Shown here piece by piece: positions 10,559-22,900 of a stretch of 64,000 nucleotides of DNA (positions are counted from its first letter, which is position 1; every line of letters starts with the position of its first letter). The position numbers and the translations under genes were made by a program. This DNA is from Candidatus Eiseniibacteriota bacterium (GTDB lineage Bacteria > Eisenbacteria > RBG-16-71-46 > CAIMUX01 > VGJL01). The DNA lies in NCBI GenBank assembly GCA_963792585.1, contig CAWBWI010000004.1, forward strand, positions 192,001 to 256,000, read 5' to 3'. The notes below the pieces were generated by a model. The model saw only the letters and a list, made by a program, of their open reading frames with translations, did no database searches and was not told the DNA's origin.

Positions 10559-13004
10559 CTATGCTCCCTGGGCGGTCCCGTCATCGGTTCCGGCGGCAGC
10601 CTGTTTCATCGCCGTGATGAACCCGCGCAGCCTCTCGTCGACGCGCGCGAAGACGGAGCCCTGCGCCCAGCGCCCGTCCTCCCCGCGCTCTCCCGCGACC
10701 ACTCCCGAGAGGATCTGGATCCCCTCGCCGACCGTCCGGACGGCGTAGATGTGGAAGGTCCCATTCGCGACCGCCTCGATCACCGAGCGCCGCAGCATCA
10801 GATCGGGGACGTTCAGATGCGGGATCAGGACACCCTGGTGCCCCGTGAGTCCCCGCGCACGACAGACCTCGAAGAACCCCTCGATCTTCTCGTTCACGCC
10901 ACCGATCGGCTGGATCTCTCCGTGCTGGTTCACGCTTCCGGTCACAGCGAGATCCTGCCGGAGCGGAACGTCGGCGAGACTGCTGAGCAGCGCGTACACC
11001 TCCGTCGACGAGGCGCTGTCCCCGTCCACACCCCCGTACGATTGCTCGAAGCAGAGCGAGGCGCTCATCGCCAACGGCTTGTCCTGAGCGAAATGGTGCC
11101 GAATGAAGCCCTCGAGGATCAGCACTCCTTTGCTGTGGCTGCTCCCCGAAAGCTCCGCCTCCCTCTCGATGTTGATGACCCCGGCGCGGCCGACGCTCGT
11201 CATCGCCGTGATCCGAGTGGGCCGGCCGAATCGGTAGTCTCCCAGGTCGTACACGGAGAGGCCGTTCACCTGCCCGATCTTGGCGCCGTCGGAGTCGATG
11301 AGAACGGTCCCCTCGATGATCATCTCCTGGATCCTGTCCTCGATGAGTCCCACGCGGCGGGTGCGTTGCTCGATCGCCTTGTGGATGTGGGGGTCCCGAA
11401 CCACGGGACTGCCGACGTCCTGGGCCCAGTAGGAGGATTCCCGCAGGAGGTCGGCGATCTCGCTGAATCGCGTGGTCAGCTTCGCCTGGCGGCCCGCGAT
11501 CCGCACCCCTTGCTCGATCACGGCGGCCACACCTGTTCGATCCAGGGGCAGTAGCCCTTCCGTGCTCTGGATCTTGCGGATGAACTTCGTATAGCGATCG
11601 AGATTGGTTTCGTCGCGAACCATGAAGGAGTCGAACTCCGCCTTCACCTTGAAGATCTTCCGGAAGTCGGGGTCGTAGTTGTAGAGAATCCGATAGGTCC
11701 AGGCATCTCCGATCATGACGACCCGCACCTGGACCGGAATCGGCTCGGGCTTCAGCGCGGACGCGGAGAAGAGATACAGCGGGTCGTACCCCTGGATGTC
11801 GACCAGCCGGTTCTTGAGCGTCCGCTTGAGGGCCGACCAGACACCGGGCTCGCCGATGAGGTCGTAGAGGTGCAGGACGAGGAATCCGCCGTTTGCGCGG
11901 AGCAGGGAGCCTGCCTTGATGTGCGTGAAATCGCTGCGCCAGTGGCCGGAGCGGTCGACGACCTTCTCGATCGTGCCGAAGAGGTTCCGGTAGTTCGGCG
12001 AGGTCTCGACGATCACGGGCGCGCGCGTCACCGACCCGTTGTCGACGAGGACGTTGACCTGATACTGCAGGAAGCGCTCGTCGTTCGGGTCGGGATGGGG
12101 TGCGGGCTGTTCCTCGCCGTCCCGCTCCGTGAACTGGTCCATGTTGGAGAGAATCTGCTCGCGCACGCCGTCGAGGTACTCGTGCACCTTCGGATTATCG
12201 TGCACGGTCTTCAGGTCGCTCAGATAGCCGTCCACCACGGGTCGGCCGAACTCCTTCTCGAGGTCGGCGAGCTCGAGGCGGAGCTTGCGCTTCAGATCCC
12301 GGGCTTCCCGGAAGGTGTCCTCCATGAGCGCCGTCAGATCCTGGTACTTCTGCCGCAACCGGTCGAACTCCTCGCGCGGGAACTTCCCCTCGCGCACCGA
12401 CCCCTCGAGCCGGTCGATCTGCTGCGGCTCGCCGGCGATCAGCGGGGCGATCTCGGGTTTCGAGAACGGCCCGAGCTGAACCTGGATCAGCGCGAAGCTC
12501 TCCGCCTTGATCCGCTCCTCGAACAGGTGGACCAGGTCCTTCTCCCGCTGCTTGTAGCGCTCGACGATCTCCTTGGTTCGCTCCTTGTAGGCGTCGCTCT
12601 CGTAGATCTGCTGGATGCTGGTGCGCATGTGGAGGATCAGATCCTGCATCCCGCGCCTGAGATTGGTTCCCTGTCCGGCCGGCAGCGGGATCGCGACCGG
12701 CGTGTCGGGATCCTTGAAATTGTTGACGTAGATCGACGTCGGGAGGGACATCGTGCGGCACTTCAGTCGTTTCGAGGAGATGACGGACCGATGTCGTGCG
12801 CCCGGTGCCCGCTTCCCCCGCTACGAAGACGTTGTGCCCCTTGCTGCGGACGCGTAGACCGAGGCGGATCGCGTCGACGGCGCGGTCCTGTCCGATGATC
12901 CCCTCGCTGCACGGAATCTCGTCGGTGGTCTCGAAGGGCAGACTCGCGGGGTCGCAGCGCCAGCGGAGCTGCTCCGGCTTCAATTCGAGATCTCGCGGCT
13001 CCAT
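10559..13004 (-). CDS. Lon-family (LonC/LonB-like) protease, one frameshift near 12734
   Basis: N-part IIGQDRA...GEAGTGRTT; C-part NLFGTIE, IKAGSLLRANGG, GQVNGL, FEQSYGGVDGDSAS (catalytic Ser) and GGVNEKIEGF (Lys); one extra G joins the frames. Confidence 0.88.
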
Positions 13005-13026
13005 CGTGGTCTCCTCTCGCTTGGAG

Positions 13027-13848
13027 TCAGGCGTCGAGCGGGAACTCCCGCAGATTCGGGTTCAGGCGCGTCTTGCTATCGGTCGATTCTCCCCGCTCCG
13101 CAATGACCAGGGCGCACGGGACATGGAAGATTCCGGCCGGAAAGGAGCGCGGCCAGGTCCCCGGCACGACCACCACCCCGGGAGGCACCACACCGCGAAG
13201 GACGGCCGGTTCCGCGCCGCGAACATCGATGATCGGAGTCGAAGCGGTGAGGACGGTACCCGCGCCGAGAACGGCGCCATGCCGGACGCGTACGCCCTCG
13301 ACGACGATGCAGCGGGAGCCCAGGAAGACGTCATCTTCGATGATGACCGGATCGCTCTGGACCGGCTCGAGCACGCCGCCGATGCCGACTCCGCCGGAGA
13401 CGTGCACGTTGCGTCCGACCTGTGCGCAGCTCCCGACGGTCGCCCATGTATCGATCATCGTGCCGGCGCCGACCTAGGCGCCGACGTTCACGTAGGCGGG
13501 CATCACGACCACGCCGGGTTCCAGGAACGCTCCGTAGCGGACCATCCCGGGCGGCACGAGGCGGATCCCTTGGGACTCCAGGTCGTGCTTCGTGGGAACC
13601 TTGTCCCGGTACTCGAAGGGGCCGCAAGGGATCGTGCGCGTCTCGGTCCTGCGGAAATAGAGGAGGACGGCCATGCGGACCCACGGGTGAACCGTCCATC
13701 CGCCTTCGGAGGGCTCGGCAACGCGAACCTCGCCGCGATCGAGTGCGTCCATGGTCTCGAGGACCGCAGCCCCCGCCTCGGCCGTCTGCGCGTACGACCC
13801 ATCGTCGAAGGCTCGCGCGATGGTCGCCGCCGTCTGCGTGAGGTTCAC
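13027..13848 (-). CDS. dapD: Tetrahydrodipicolinate N-succinyltransferase, with in-frame TAG at 13474-13476
   Basis: [52 protein letters not shown]...GIGGVLEP; same frame on both sides of the stop. Confidence 0.9.
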
Positions 13849-15003
13849 AGGATCGCCTCCAGGATCGCCGCCGCCTCTCGGCACAGCTCGACCGTCGGCA
13901 CGAGCGCCATCCGGACGTATCCTTCGCCCCGCGCGCCGAAGTAGCTGCCGGGGGTGAGGACGAGTCCCGCTCGAGGAGTCGCGAGGCGAAACGACTTCCG
14001 ACGACGCCCCCTCGGGCACCTGATCCAGAGGTAGAAGGTCGCCTCGCTCCCGGCGATCCGGAGTCCCTTGCGCGCGAGAACGGGCAGCAGGACGTCCCGC
14101 TTCGCCCGGTAGAGGTCGCGTTGCTCGGCGACGTGCGCCTCGTCGTCCCAGGCGGCGACCGCCGCGTGCTGCGACGAAGAGTGGGGTGGCGACCCCTTGG
14201 CTCGGCCGTACGGTCCGCAGGAGCATCCGATCATCTCCGGATCGCCGGCGATCAAGCCGCTGCGGTAGCCGGTCATCGCCGAGCGCTTCGAGAGCGTGTT
14301 GAGGACGACGAGACCCTCGATCCCGGCTTGCATCGCGGAGACCGGCGGCGCAGTCGAACCAGAGCTCGCTGTAGGCCTCGTCGCTGGCCACCCAGAAGCC
14401 GTGCGTGCGCGCCAGATCGAGGCCGTGCCGGTAGAGGTCGAGCCGGGGCGTGGCGCCCGTCGGGTTGTTCGGGTAGTTCAGCCAGAGCAAGCGCCGTGCG
14501 CCTCCAGGTCTCCGGAGAGATCGCGTCGAGGTCCGGGCAGGAAACCACGCTCCTCGCGAAGGGGCACGAACTCCGGGATGCCGCCCGCGAAGCGCGGTCC
14601 CGATCTCGTAGACGGGATACGCCGGATCGGGAATCAGGACGATCCTGCGCTCGGAGAACGGATCGATCACCGCCTGATGGAGCAGGTAGACCGCCTCCTT
14701 CGAACCGTTCGAGGGCAGGACGTGGCGGTCCGGATCCAGCTCGATCTCGAATCGCCTGCGGATCCAGTCGGCCATGGCGCGTCCGCTGCGCGACCGGCCC
14801 GATCGCGGGCGGATAGCTCGCGCGATCCGGCACGCCGTCCAGGAGCGCCTGCGGATCCGGTCCGGCGTCCGTTCCTGCGGATCACCCATCCCGAAGTCGA
14901 TGATGCGGATCCCGCGGGCGGCCGCCGCTCGCTTCTTGCCTTCTCGAGTCGGACGAACGGATAGGTCCCAAGGCCGATCAAAGGCGCGGTTCCGCGGTCT
15001 CAT
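13845..15003 (-). CDS. dapC: Class I PLP aminotransferase (succinyl-diaminopimelate aminotransferase-like), multiply frameshifted
   Basis: GTYPF, DFGMGDP, NGSKEA, PDPAYPVY, LNYPNNPTG, SDEAYSE, TLSKRSAMTGYRSG, GEGYVRMAL; lies between dapE and dapD. Confidence 0.75.
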
Positions 15004-16085
15004 GCCTCCCTCCTTCTCCCGAACGGGCTGTCACCCTCGAGGAACGCCATCGAGGTCGACCAGGCATCGCTCGAGGGATGCGAGCTCGGTTCTCTCGTCA
15101 TTCGCGGTGCGCGAGCTGTGGATCGCCCGGGCCGAAGTTCAGGGCCGGGATGCCGCTCTCGCTGAACTGCGCCACATCGGTCCACGCCTGCTTCGCCCGG
15201 CTCGCCGCGCCGCTTCCCTCGCACGAAGGTCGCGAAGAGCGGCTGATCGAGCGGGATGGCCCCCGATGGCGCAACATCGAGCACCCGCACCTCGTCCGCT
15301 CCCTCGGCCAGCGCAAGGACCGCGGCGCGCCCCCGCGCGCGGTCCCAGCCGGGAGGGAAACGGTAGTTGAGGTTTGCGATCAGCTCTCCCGGAACGACGT
15401 TGCGCGCGATGCCGGCGCGCAGCGTCGTGACGGTCGCGGTTTCGCGGAAGCGTGTAGACCTGGATGTCGATGCTCCGGCGGCGCGAAATCGACGATCCGC
15501 TCGAGCCACGGCAGGGCGACGGAATCGCGCTTCGGCCCAGCCAGGGACGCGCGCTGTGGCAGGCCTCGCCCTGGAACACGGCCTCGAGGTTGATCGTCCC
15601 CACGCATCCGACCTCGACTCGTCGCCGGTCGGTTCGCACAGGATCGCCAGCCCTGCCTCGAGTGCCCAGGAGGCCGGTCCGTCCAGCAGCCGCGCGCAGG
15701 TCGTTCTGTTCGATCGGCCCCTCCTCACCCGCATACAGGATCGCCCCGACGCGCGCCCAGCCGGACCCGATCGCCTCGCGGTCGAGCAGCGAGGCGATCA
15801 CGGCGAGGCCGCCCTTCATATCGGCGGCCCCCCTGCCCCAAAGCGTAGCCGCCGTCCCGGTCGCGGGTTCTCGTTGCCTTGCGGCGGAACGGTGTCGAGG
15901 TGCCCTGCGAGAACGACGAGGGGGCGTCCGTCGTCGGCGGGCGGGACGAGCACGCCCTTGTCGTGCAGTTGGACCTCGCGGCCCCCACGCGATAGGCGAT
16001 CGCGCAGGTGGAGCGCCAGGGCCGTCTCATTCCCGGTGACGCTCGAAATCGCCACCAATACTGCCGTTTCATCGAGCAGGTCCAT
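15000..16085 (-). CDS. dapE: Succinyl-diaminopimelate desuccinylase (M20 family), multiply frameshifted
   Basis: [58 protein letters not shown] across several frames. Confidence 0.8.
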
Positions 16086-16224
16086 CCGCCGATTCCTCTC
16101 CGGGGGCAGGGCTCCCGGCCAGAGCGTAAGGGGGGCCGGCCGCCCATTCAATCGAGCGGTTCTCGACGTTCTGCTATCGTGACGTCGCCGAATCGGATCG
16201 GCGAAGGTCGGCGACGGCACCACG

Positions 16225-17163
16225 ATGACACCAACCTGGAGCGAATGGCGGGAATCGGTCGAGCGGGCCGCAGACGAGGCCGAACACCTCCCTGCGCCCG
16301 CCGGAGCCTATCCCACGCCGTCCGGGATTCTCCGCCGATGCGACCGTCTCCTCCGCGAGCACGCGGGACGGCCTGAGCGGATCGGCCGAAGCATCGAGGG
16401 CCGACCGATCTGGTCTCTGCGATTCGGTCCCGAGGGGGCGGGGGGCGGGCTCCTGATCTCCCTATTGCACGCCTGCGAGTATGTCGGCGCCCTCGCGCTG
16501 CTCGCCGCGGCCGAGCGAACGCTCTCGGCGAATCCGGACTGTCCCCTCACGATCGTGCCGGTCGCCAACCCGGACGGCGCCGAGCGCGCTTACAGGGCGG
16601 CCTTCGAACTTTCGTTCCGATTCCATCGGGGGAACGCGCGCGGCATCGATCTGAACCGCAACTTCCCGCTCACCCACCGGCGCGGCGGGGTTTGGGGGAT
16701 GCTCCCCTGGTATCGCAGCGGACCGAGCCCCGCGAGCGAACCGGAGACGGAGGCGCTCGTCGATCTCGCGCGGACCCTTCGCCCCACGCGCGCGATCAGC
16801 TTCCACAGCTTCGGACGCTGGGTCTTCCTGCCCCCCGCGTACCGTCGGGATCCGTGGCCCCAGACGGCCGCCCAGCGACGGACCATCGAGGAAGCCGGCG
16901 GGGCGCGCGCGATCGGATATCGATCGACGCAACTCGGACGGTGGGCTGTCTGGTTTCGGGCCTACGGCACAGAAATCGACTTCCTGGCCGGAGAGATCGG
17001 GGCGAGTGCCTTCCTGATCGAGGTCTCGGGGGGCGGAATCGGGCGATGGGGATTGCGCCGGCTCCCGATCCCCTTCTTCGCCTACAACCCACCCGCGCCG
17101 GAGCTGGAGATCGACCGAATCGCGGACTTCTGCGCGCGCATCATCGCTCCTCCTAGGGGCTGA
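16225..17163 (+). CDS. M14 zinc carboxypeptidase-family protein, no signal peptide
   Basis: GRSIEGRPI, HACE (HxxE), NPDG, NARGIDLNRNF, SEPET, SFHS. Confidence 0.85.
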   Translation: MTPTWSEWRESVERAADEAEHLPAPAGAYPTPSGILRRCDRLLREHAGRPERIGRSIEGRPIWSLRFGPEGAGGGLLISLLHACEYVGALALLAAAERTLSANPDCPLTIVPVANPDGAERAYRAAFELSFRFHRGNARGIDLNRNFPLTHRRGGVWGMLPWYRSGPSPASEPETEALVDLARTLRPTRAISFHSFGRWVFLPPAYRRDPWPQTAAQRRTIEEAGGARAIGYRSTQLGRWAVWFRAYGTEIDFLAGEIGASAFLIEVSGGGIGRWGLRRLPIPFFAYNPPAPELEIDRIADFCARIIAPPRG

Positions 17164-18653
17164 AGCGCAGCACGACGGTATAGGGTTCCTCCAGCTCGAA
17201 GACCGGGAAGAAGTGGCTCTGCTCCGCCTGCACGGCGGGGATCAGATAGCGAACGATGTCGTCGTACGGGATCGCGGAGACGAGAACGTAGTCGACCCCC
17301 TCATTCGCCATCCACGCGATCAACTTCGCCGGATCCTCCTCGCGCGGGAAACTCTCCGCGCGACGATTCGTGACGAACGTCAGCATGGCCGGCTTCCGAT
17401 CGACGATGAGCGCATCGGGAGCGGTGTGATCACGAATCCACGCGGCCGCCTGGAAATAGGAGGCCCACGGCTCGGGATAGCTCCGCGCGCCCTGCGCGAC
17501 GGCCGCCTGATTCTTCACCCCCAGCAGCACCCAGACCCCGAGCAGGACGGCCGCGACGACGGGCCGACGTGGAAAGCGACTCGCCCCGATCCCGAGCCCC
17601 CAGAGAAGCCCCCGGAAGAGAAGCAGCGCGAAGAGCGGCAGGACGGGGACCAGGAAACGGAGCCCAGTCCAGAGATTCGGCCAGAGCAAGTTGATAAAGA
17701 GGTAGAAGACGAGGTAGATGGCGATCGGTTCGCGACCGCGCAGGGAAAGGAACATCCCAACCCCCACGAGAAGGAGCGGAATCCACGCGATCGCGAGGGG
17801 AAGGAACTGATACCGCAGTTCGGGAGGATTGTAGGTCCACCGGAAGATGACGGGGAGCAGCCCGGTCGGAATCTCACCGGCCAGGTAGATCCGGACGTTT
17901 TCTCCAAATCGAGCGATCCAGCCGGATGCGTCGAGCCGTCCCCACTCCGGATGGAACGGATTGACCTGCAGGAGTTGGGAGACGTACGGATTCGCAGGAC
18001 CGAACAACGTACGGAGTCCCCAGGGCAGGAGCAGGACCGCCGAGACGACGCAGAAGAACACCTTCGTCCGCCGCGCCGTATCGGGACGTGCCATGAGAGC
18101 GACCGCGATGCCCGCCCACAGGGCGAGCCCGACCGAGCGCGTGTAGAAGGTTGCGGCGGCGGCGAGAGCGACCCCGACCACCACCCCGCGCCCGTTGCGT
18201 CCGATTCGATCGAACGCCTCGAGGGCAAGGAGCGAGAAGAAGAGGTAGGGCACCTCGGACATGACGTAGTGCCCGTACTCGAGGACGGGAACCAGGGTGA
18301 CGGCAATCCACGCGATCGGCGGACCCCACCCGTTCGGAAACGTCCGCACCGCCCGCCGCATCAACAGGGCGGCGGAGCCCAGATAGAACAGGTAGACGAG
18401 AATCTTCTGCGGCAGGAGCGCCATCCCGAAGAGCGATTGGGGCAGGGCGAGGAGCCAGGCGAAGAGCGGCGGGTACTTCGCGCTCCCCCAGAGAACGCCG
18501 TGGCGCGCCGACTCGGCGAGTCGCATGTAATCGACGTTGTCTCCGTTGACGTAGAGCTTCGGATCGAAGGTGACCAGGCTGGATATCACTACCAGGCCCA
18601 TCCAGAGGAGGGGCCAGGCCGGACCGCGCAGGCGCCGGGAATCCGGCGGCGCC

Positions 18654-19721
<1,068 letters not shown>

Positions 19722-19947
19722 ACAAGGCCCCTTTCCACGCAGAGTTGGGCGGATTCTAGGGGATCGCCGCGGACGCCGCCAAGGGGAACTCCTCCCCGTT
19801 CGGCGGCACTTTCTCGCCCTCCGGAGCGGAGACCACCTTCTCAGCAACTCCAACTCCTGCTACAATTAACGTGATCTGTTATACGGACCCGTCCTGACTT
19901 CGATCGGACGGATCGTTGGTCGTCGATCCCGCGGAGCGGAGGAATTC

Positions 19948-22900
19948 ATGCGTTTCATTCTGGTCTGCATCTTGGCCGCAGCTTGCCTGATTCCCGCATC
20001 CAGCCTCGCCGTCTCGCCCCCCCTGTCGATCCTTCAGGGAGACGCCACGGTCGATCCGGATATGGCCCGGGGGAATCTGCCGAGCATCGATGTGATCGAA
20101 TCCGGCCCGAATGGGCTCACCCTCGAGTTCTCACTCCCGTCCATCGCCATGGAGGAGGTTACCGTTGGTGGCGAAAGCTACCTGTCGGTGACGATCCCCG
20201 GGGGCGGGCTCGTCGGTGCATTGGGCACACCCCAGCTACCCATCTTCGGCCGCATGGTTTCCATCCCCGACCGTGCCGAGATCCGGATCGACACGAATGT
20301 GACGGAAGAAGAGCAAATGAGCGGCATCCGGATCGCGCCGGCGCAGCCCCAGGATGGCGGCGTATTCACGCTGGACGCTGCCGCGTATGCCCGTGACGAC
20401 TTTGGCGCCCAACCGACCGCATCTGTCGGGCGTCCCGCACTCCTGAGGGACTTTCGCATCGTACCGATCACTTTCCAGCCGATCCGGTACAACGCGGCGC
20501 GCGGCGAGATGAAGATCGCGCGCAAGGTTCGCGTCGAGGTCCGTTTCGAGGGTGAGGATCCGGAAAACCAGAGGCCGTCGATCGCCCCGCGGAGCATCGC
20601 CCCGTCCTTCGACAAGATCTACCGAGAGCTGATCGTCAACTACCAGGGCCCGGGGGCGGGCCTCTCGGTGCAGCCGGGAACCTGGCTCGTCATCTGTCCG
20701 AATGACAATGCGGTCATCACCCGGCTTCAGCCGTTGCTCGACTGGCACAAGCGCAAGGGTTATCCCGTTCGTCTCGCCACCACCGCGGAGACGGGAACAT
20801 CCCGGGACGCGATCAAGAACTGGTTGCTCAACGCCTACACCACTTGGCCGTCACCGCCCGAGTACGTGGCGCTTGCGGCCGATGCCGACGGCTCGTACGC
20901 GATCCCCACATGGACCGAGAATCTCTCCGGCTATAACGGCCCCGGAGATCATCCCTATACGCAACTCGTCGGCGGGGACATCCTTGCCGACGTCAACCTG
21001 GGGCGAATCTCCTACGGCACGCTCACCGAGCTGGAAGTGATCGTGAACAAGTGCGTCGGTTATGAAAGCACCCCGTTCACGTCGCAGGATCCGGACTGGT
21101 TCAAGCGCGCCTGCCTCGTCGGCGATCCGAACTCGTCGGGCTATAGTTGCGTGCAGGTCCAGCAATGGGTCAAGACCCGCATGAAGCAGGTCGGGTACAG
21201 CCAGATCGACACCGTCTTCGGCGGCGACTTTCTGAGCCAGATGGTGACCGACCTGAACCGCGGCGACACGGTGTTCAGCTACCGCGGCTGGCTCGGTATG
21301 AGCGGTTGGGGCACGTCGAACATCTATTCGATGACCAATGGCTGGAAGCTCCCGTTCTGCGTGATCATCACCTGCGGGACGGGAAGCTTCTCCGGATCGA
21401 CCTCGACATCGGAGGCCTTCCTGCGGGCGAACTCGGGTGGGAATCCGCGCGGCGGCATCGGCGCTATCGGAACCGCCACGACCGGGACCCACACGCAGTA
21501 CAACAACTGCGTTCACTACGGGATCCTCTATGGACTCCTCTACCAGGATCTCTACACCATGGGCGCGGCCATGACCCGTGGGAAACTCGAGATGTACCTG
21601 AACTACCAGGGGACGGACCCGAACCACGTCCTGATCTGGTCCTACTGGAACAACCTGATGGGCGATCCGGGGGTGGAAGTCTGGACCGGCTACCCTGCGC
21701 AGCTCGAGATCACGCACCCCGCGACCCTCCCGATCGGGACGAACTCCGTCACGGTAACCGTGAAGGAGAGCCACACCGTCCCGCTCGCGGACGCGCAGGT
21801 CTGTCTCCTGAAAGACACCGAAACGTTCGTGGTGGGCTACACCAACGCACAGGGGCAAATCGAGCTACCGGTCTCCGCCACGACCGCGGGCAACATGCAG
21901 TTGACCGTCACGAAGCACAACTACTACCCCTATCTCGCGACGATCCCGGTGGCGAGCGGAACGATGTACGTCGCCTACCAGGCGTCGACCGTGAGCGACG
22001 ACAACGTCGGCGCCAGCCACGGCAACGGCAACGGCGCCGTCAACCCGACCGAGACGATCGAGCTCTCCGTCCAGTTGAAGAACTTCGGATCTCAGACCGC
22101 GTCCGGCGTCAATGCGACCCTGACGACCAGCGATCCCTACGCCACGATCTCGGACGCGACGAAGTCCTACGGCAACATCGCCGCGGGGGCGTCCGCCTGG
22201 AGTTCGGGCAGCTACGTTCTCACCGTGAGCCCCGCGTGTCCCCACGACCGAAACATCCGTCTCGGTCTGGAAGTCACCTCGGGCACGAGCGCCTGGCATT
22301 CGCTAATCGATTTGCCGGTCGTCTCGGCCGAGTTCTCCTGCGAGGGGGTCACCGTTTACAACGTCGGCGGCAACAACCTCTTCGATCCCGGCGAGACCGG
22401 CCAGGCCAGCATCAAGCTGCGGAACAGCGGAGGGATGGACGCCTCCGCCGTGACCGCAACGCTGACGTCCTCGAGTCCCTATGTCACGATCGTGGATGGT
22501 TCCGCGTCCTTCGGCAACATCGTCGCAGGAAGTGCCATCGAGAACACGCTCGACCGATTCTCCCTCTCGGTCTCCTCGGATGCGATCAGGGGTACGCCGG
22601 CCGCATTCCAGGTCGTCTGCGATTTCTCGGGCGGAACGAAGGACACGACATCGTTCGACCTGGCGATCGGAACCAGGACGAGCGTCGATCCGAGCGGACC
22701 CGACGCCTACGGGTACTACGCGTTCGACAACACCGACACCGGATACCCCCAGGTGCCGACCTACTCCTGGGTCGAACTCAACGGAGATCCGGGGGCGATC
22801 CAGATCTCGCTGACCGACAACGGGACCTATCAGGACGACTCCGAAGTCATCACACTCGACTTCCCGTTCACCTATTACGGCGTGACCTACACGAAGGCCA

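Noticed and set aside
12720..12750. Programmed ribosomal frameshift in lon (also considered for speB and the BNR gene)
   Set aside because: No slippery heptamer is evident. Single-base indels recur across unrelated genes, which fits sequencing error.
9528..13476. Stop-codon reassignment (TAG or TGA readthrough; Pyl/Sec) suggested by in-frame stops
   Set aside because: TAG and TGA terminate many intact genes here (speB, sixA and katA use TAG; cdd and mazG use TGA). The tRNA has a normal CCA anticodon and no pyl or sel genes are visible.
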